A stretch of 64,000 nt of DNA. Source: Bugula neritina (Eukaryota > Animalia > Bryozoa). Of this stretch, positions 62,201-64,000 are shown one piece after another. The stretch covers positions 7,822,581 to 7,886,580 of the forward strand of contig OZ037767.1 of the NCBI GenBank assembly GCA_964035545.1. Direction: 5' to 3'. Made by a program: the position numbers and the translations under genes. The stretch's first letter is position 1; the number at the start of each line of letters is the position of its first letter. Below the pieces are notes generated by a model that was not told the origin of the DNA, made no database searches, and saw only the letters and a list, made by a program, of their open reading frames with translations.

Positions 62201-64000
62201 AGAGAGGTAAAATTCTATAGTGTCAGCTTCGTTGCTGCAAACATAACGAAACTATGTTAGTGTAGTTATGGCAGATTTATTTAATTCAATTTGATGAACC
62301 AAACTTTTTCAGTAAACTGGCATCTGCATGGAAATGCAATTTTTGTCCAATCAATGAATTAAGTCAAAGAATTAACTTGATACGCTGAATCACCTGATCT
62401 CCACCATCTTGTTTGAATATTACACTACGTAGGCTACGTCTTGCACAACCTTGTAATTCTGGTAACTAGAATGAAATACCAAGTGATTACCTTATGTTGA
62501 CAATTTCTAGCTGAAATGGCAAAATGGTGACAGTAACTTTTCCTGAAGTCACGAGAGGCTCAGTAAATAGGCTCTGATTCTTAACTAAAATCATTATTCG
62601 AGTTTTAAAGTTATAAGTTATAATTTGAAAAAAGCAACACAAAAAAGCCAAAATTGAGACAGTCATAAAACTGTCATGCACCAACACAATCCCCAGTTTA
62701 AAGAGCGTATTAAAGTAATTGTAGTTTTAGAAAAGCTGTGTGATTGTTTTTACTTTGTAAAATCCTGGGCAAAAATATGTTTCACTATAACATGTTGTGG
62801 TCTTTATGAAACGATGTTGTGACTAAACCAAAAATTCATAGGAGATCACATTTGGATCTTTGGCATTGTGTATTGCTTTGAATAAAAATATTGCTGAGCT
62901 GAGCTTGTAATGTCGTAATTGGTATATTTAAAAAGAAAGATATTTACAATTATAATTGATTGCTATATTGTTTTAATTGTAGTTGAATAGAATTATATAG
63001 TGTGATACTAACTGAATAGTTCCGTAACAATAGTTGCTGGTGGACTGGCTGGACTTGGTGCGTATACTGAACCAGCTTGAGCTGTGCATTCTATCACAGA
63101 AGCAGACGTTAGATTACATATAGAAGTGTTTTCTTCATCTTGATTGTTTGATGTAAAATTAACGAATGGTATAACGCCATCTGTATTGTTGTAGTTGCAT
63201 TTAATCTAAAAGAGAAAGCATTTATTTTACCAATATACTTTGCATTTTATACAAAATAGTTATGCATTGATAACTTTATGATTTTTATCTACATTAGTTA
63301 ACCAGTCATATAAAACTGGCTGACCCATCAATGCAATTTAAAGATATGCAGTCTTGTATGCATTTTTGGAAATGTTTTGAAATAGATTACTGCCAGAAGA
63401 AAATTGTAGCACTAATCACCGTTTGTTATAATTGTAGTTAAACTCACTAAATAATAAGTAATTACTCCTGTGTATTCTTCAGGTTTGTTTAGAGATGCAT
63501 TTATGCAGTTTTCTTCCGATGATTCCAAAGCAATACTGGGTGGAGTTGTTGGTTCTACAGTAAATTACAAAATTTTGGAAAGTAGTCTTTCATATAATTG
63601 AATAGAAGCATAATTCTGATACAAGTGAATAAAATAAATAATAGTTTCTGAATATATTCATGCTATAATTGTGAATTTCAGCTGTTTGGTAAAATTCTTG
63701 AAAACTGAATAATCAAACCATATTTGGGTTTTGACTTTAAAATTGCCATGTTGTTCTTCGAAGCTTATGGAGTTTACAAGTTTCACTATGAGACTGTTGA
63801 AAGTTTGTTTATAGGTGATCTATATACTAAAAGGTTTATAATACAGTTTTTTATATATATTTAATAAAGTGTTCTTACCAATGTTTTTAGTGAAAACTGT
63901 CAGTTCTTTAGTAGAACGCTTGTTTTGTTCATTTCTAGCCTCCACCTCAAACATGTAGCTGGTGTTGGGCATCAGATGAGAGAAAACATTTTGCTTACTG
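48275..64000 (-). CDS. Gene A: receptor-type protein-tyrosine phosphatase with tandem D1/D2 domains (5' part outside the window)
   Basis: Approximate exons: 63879-64000+, 63448-63554, 63013-63205, 62491-62584, 61009-61297, 60581-60632, 60345-60480 (TM), 59021-59127, 57869-57984, 57102-57189 (KCRY), 56067-56137 (DFINAS), 55333-55389 (YIAAQ), 54695-54792 (DFW.MVWQ), 54403-54525 (KCEQYWP), 53544-53692 (WPDHG, IHCS), 52926-53061 (AGVGRTG), 52191-52339, 51684-51780, 51219-51283, 50485-50607, 49737-49859, 49151-49302, 48855-48990, 48275-48349 (FAEYANFN*). Confidence 0.93.
61888..62207 (+). mobile_element. 5'-truncated RTE-like LINE 3' end
   Basis: C-terminal CxxC...[13 protein letters not shown] zinc-finger-like motif, a short 3' UTR and an (AG)n tail; absent from the paralogous gene B intron (about 17560-17600). 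Confidence 0.75.

Overview
AT-rich, intron-containing animal DNA (invertebrate, probably lophotrochozoan; the taxon is an inference). The backbone is a head-to-tail, minus-strand array of three paralogous cell-surface receptor genes. Gene A (48275->64000, 5' end outside the window) is a receptor protein-tyrosine phosphatase: FN3 repeats, an RSKR furin site, TM, an active D1 ([15 protein letters not shown]), a degenerate D2 and a C-terminal YANF. Gene B (13094-42824, complete) has a signal peptide, three F-type lectin domains and FN3 exons that are near-copies of gene A's, but it then splices into Sushi, TM and a short tail with ITIM-like tyrosine motifs instead of a phosphatase. Gene C (8918-10043 visible) is a close copy of gene B's 5' end, with replacement changes in the lectin loops. 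The best candidate for an undescribed system is this paired lectin-receptor cluster: a shared ectodomain with swapped signalling modules. The introns of B and C are packed with TEs: degenerate Gypsy LTR elements with tRNA-Leu PBSs, a Kolobok-type DDE transposon, a Penelope-like element carrying a minimal hammerhead ribozyme, a CAC-terminated MITE inserted independently into the integrase 3' end of two different Gypsy copies (one with a piggyBac MITE nested in its TIR) and a tRNA-SINE. An RTE LINE tail lies in a gene A intron. Exon coordinates were read by eye from GT/AG sites and may be off by a few bases.
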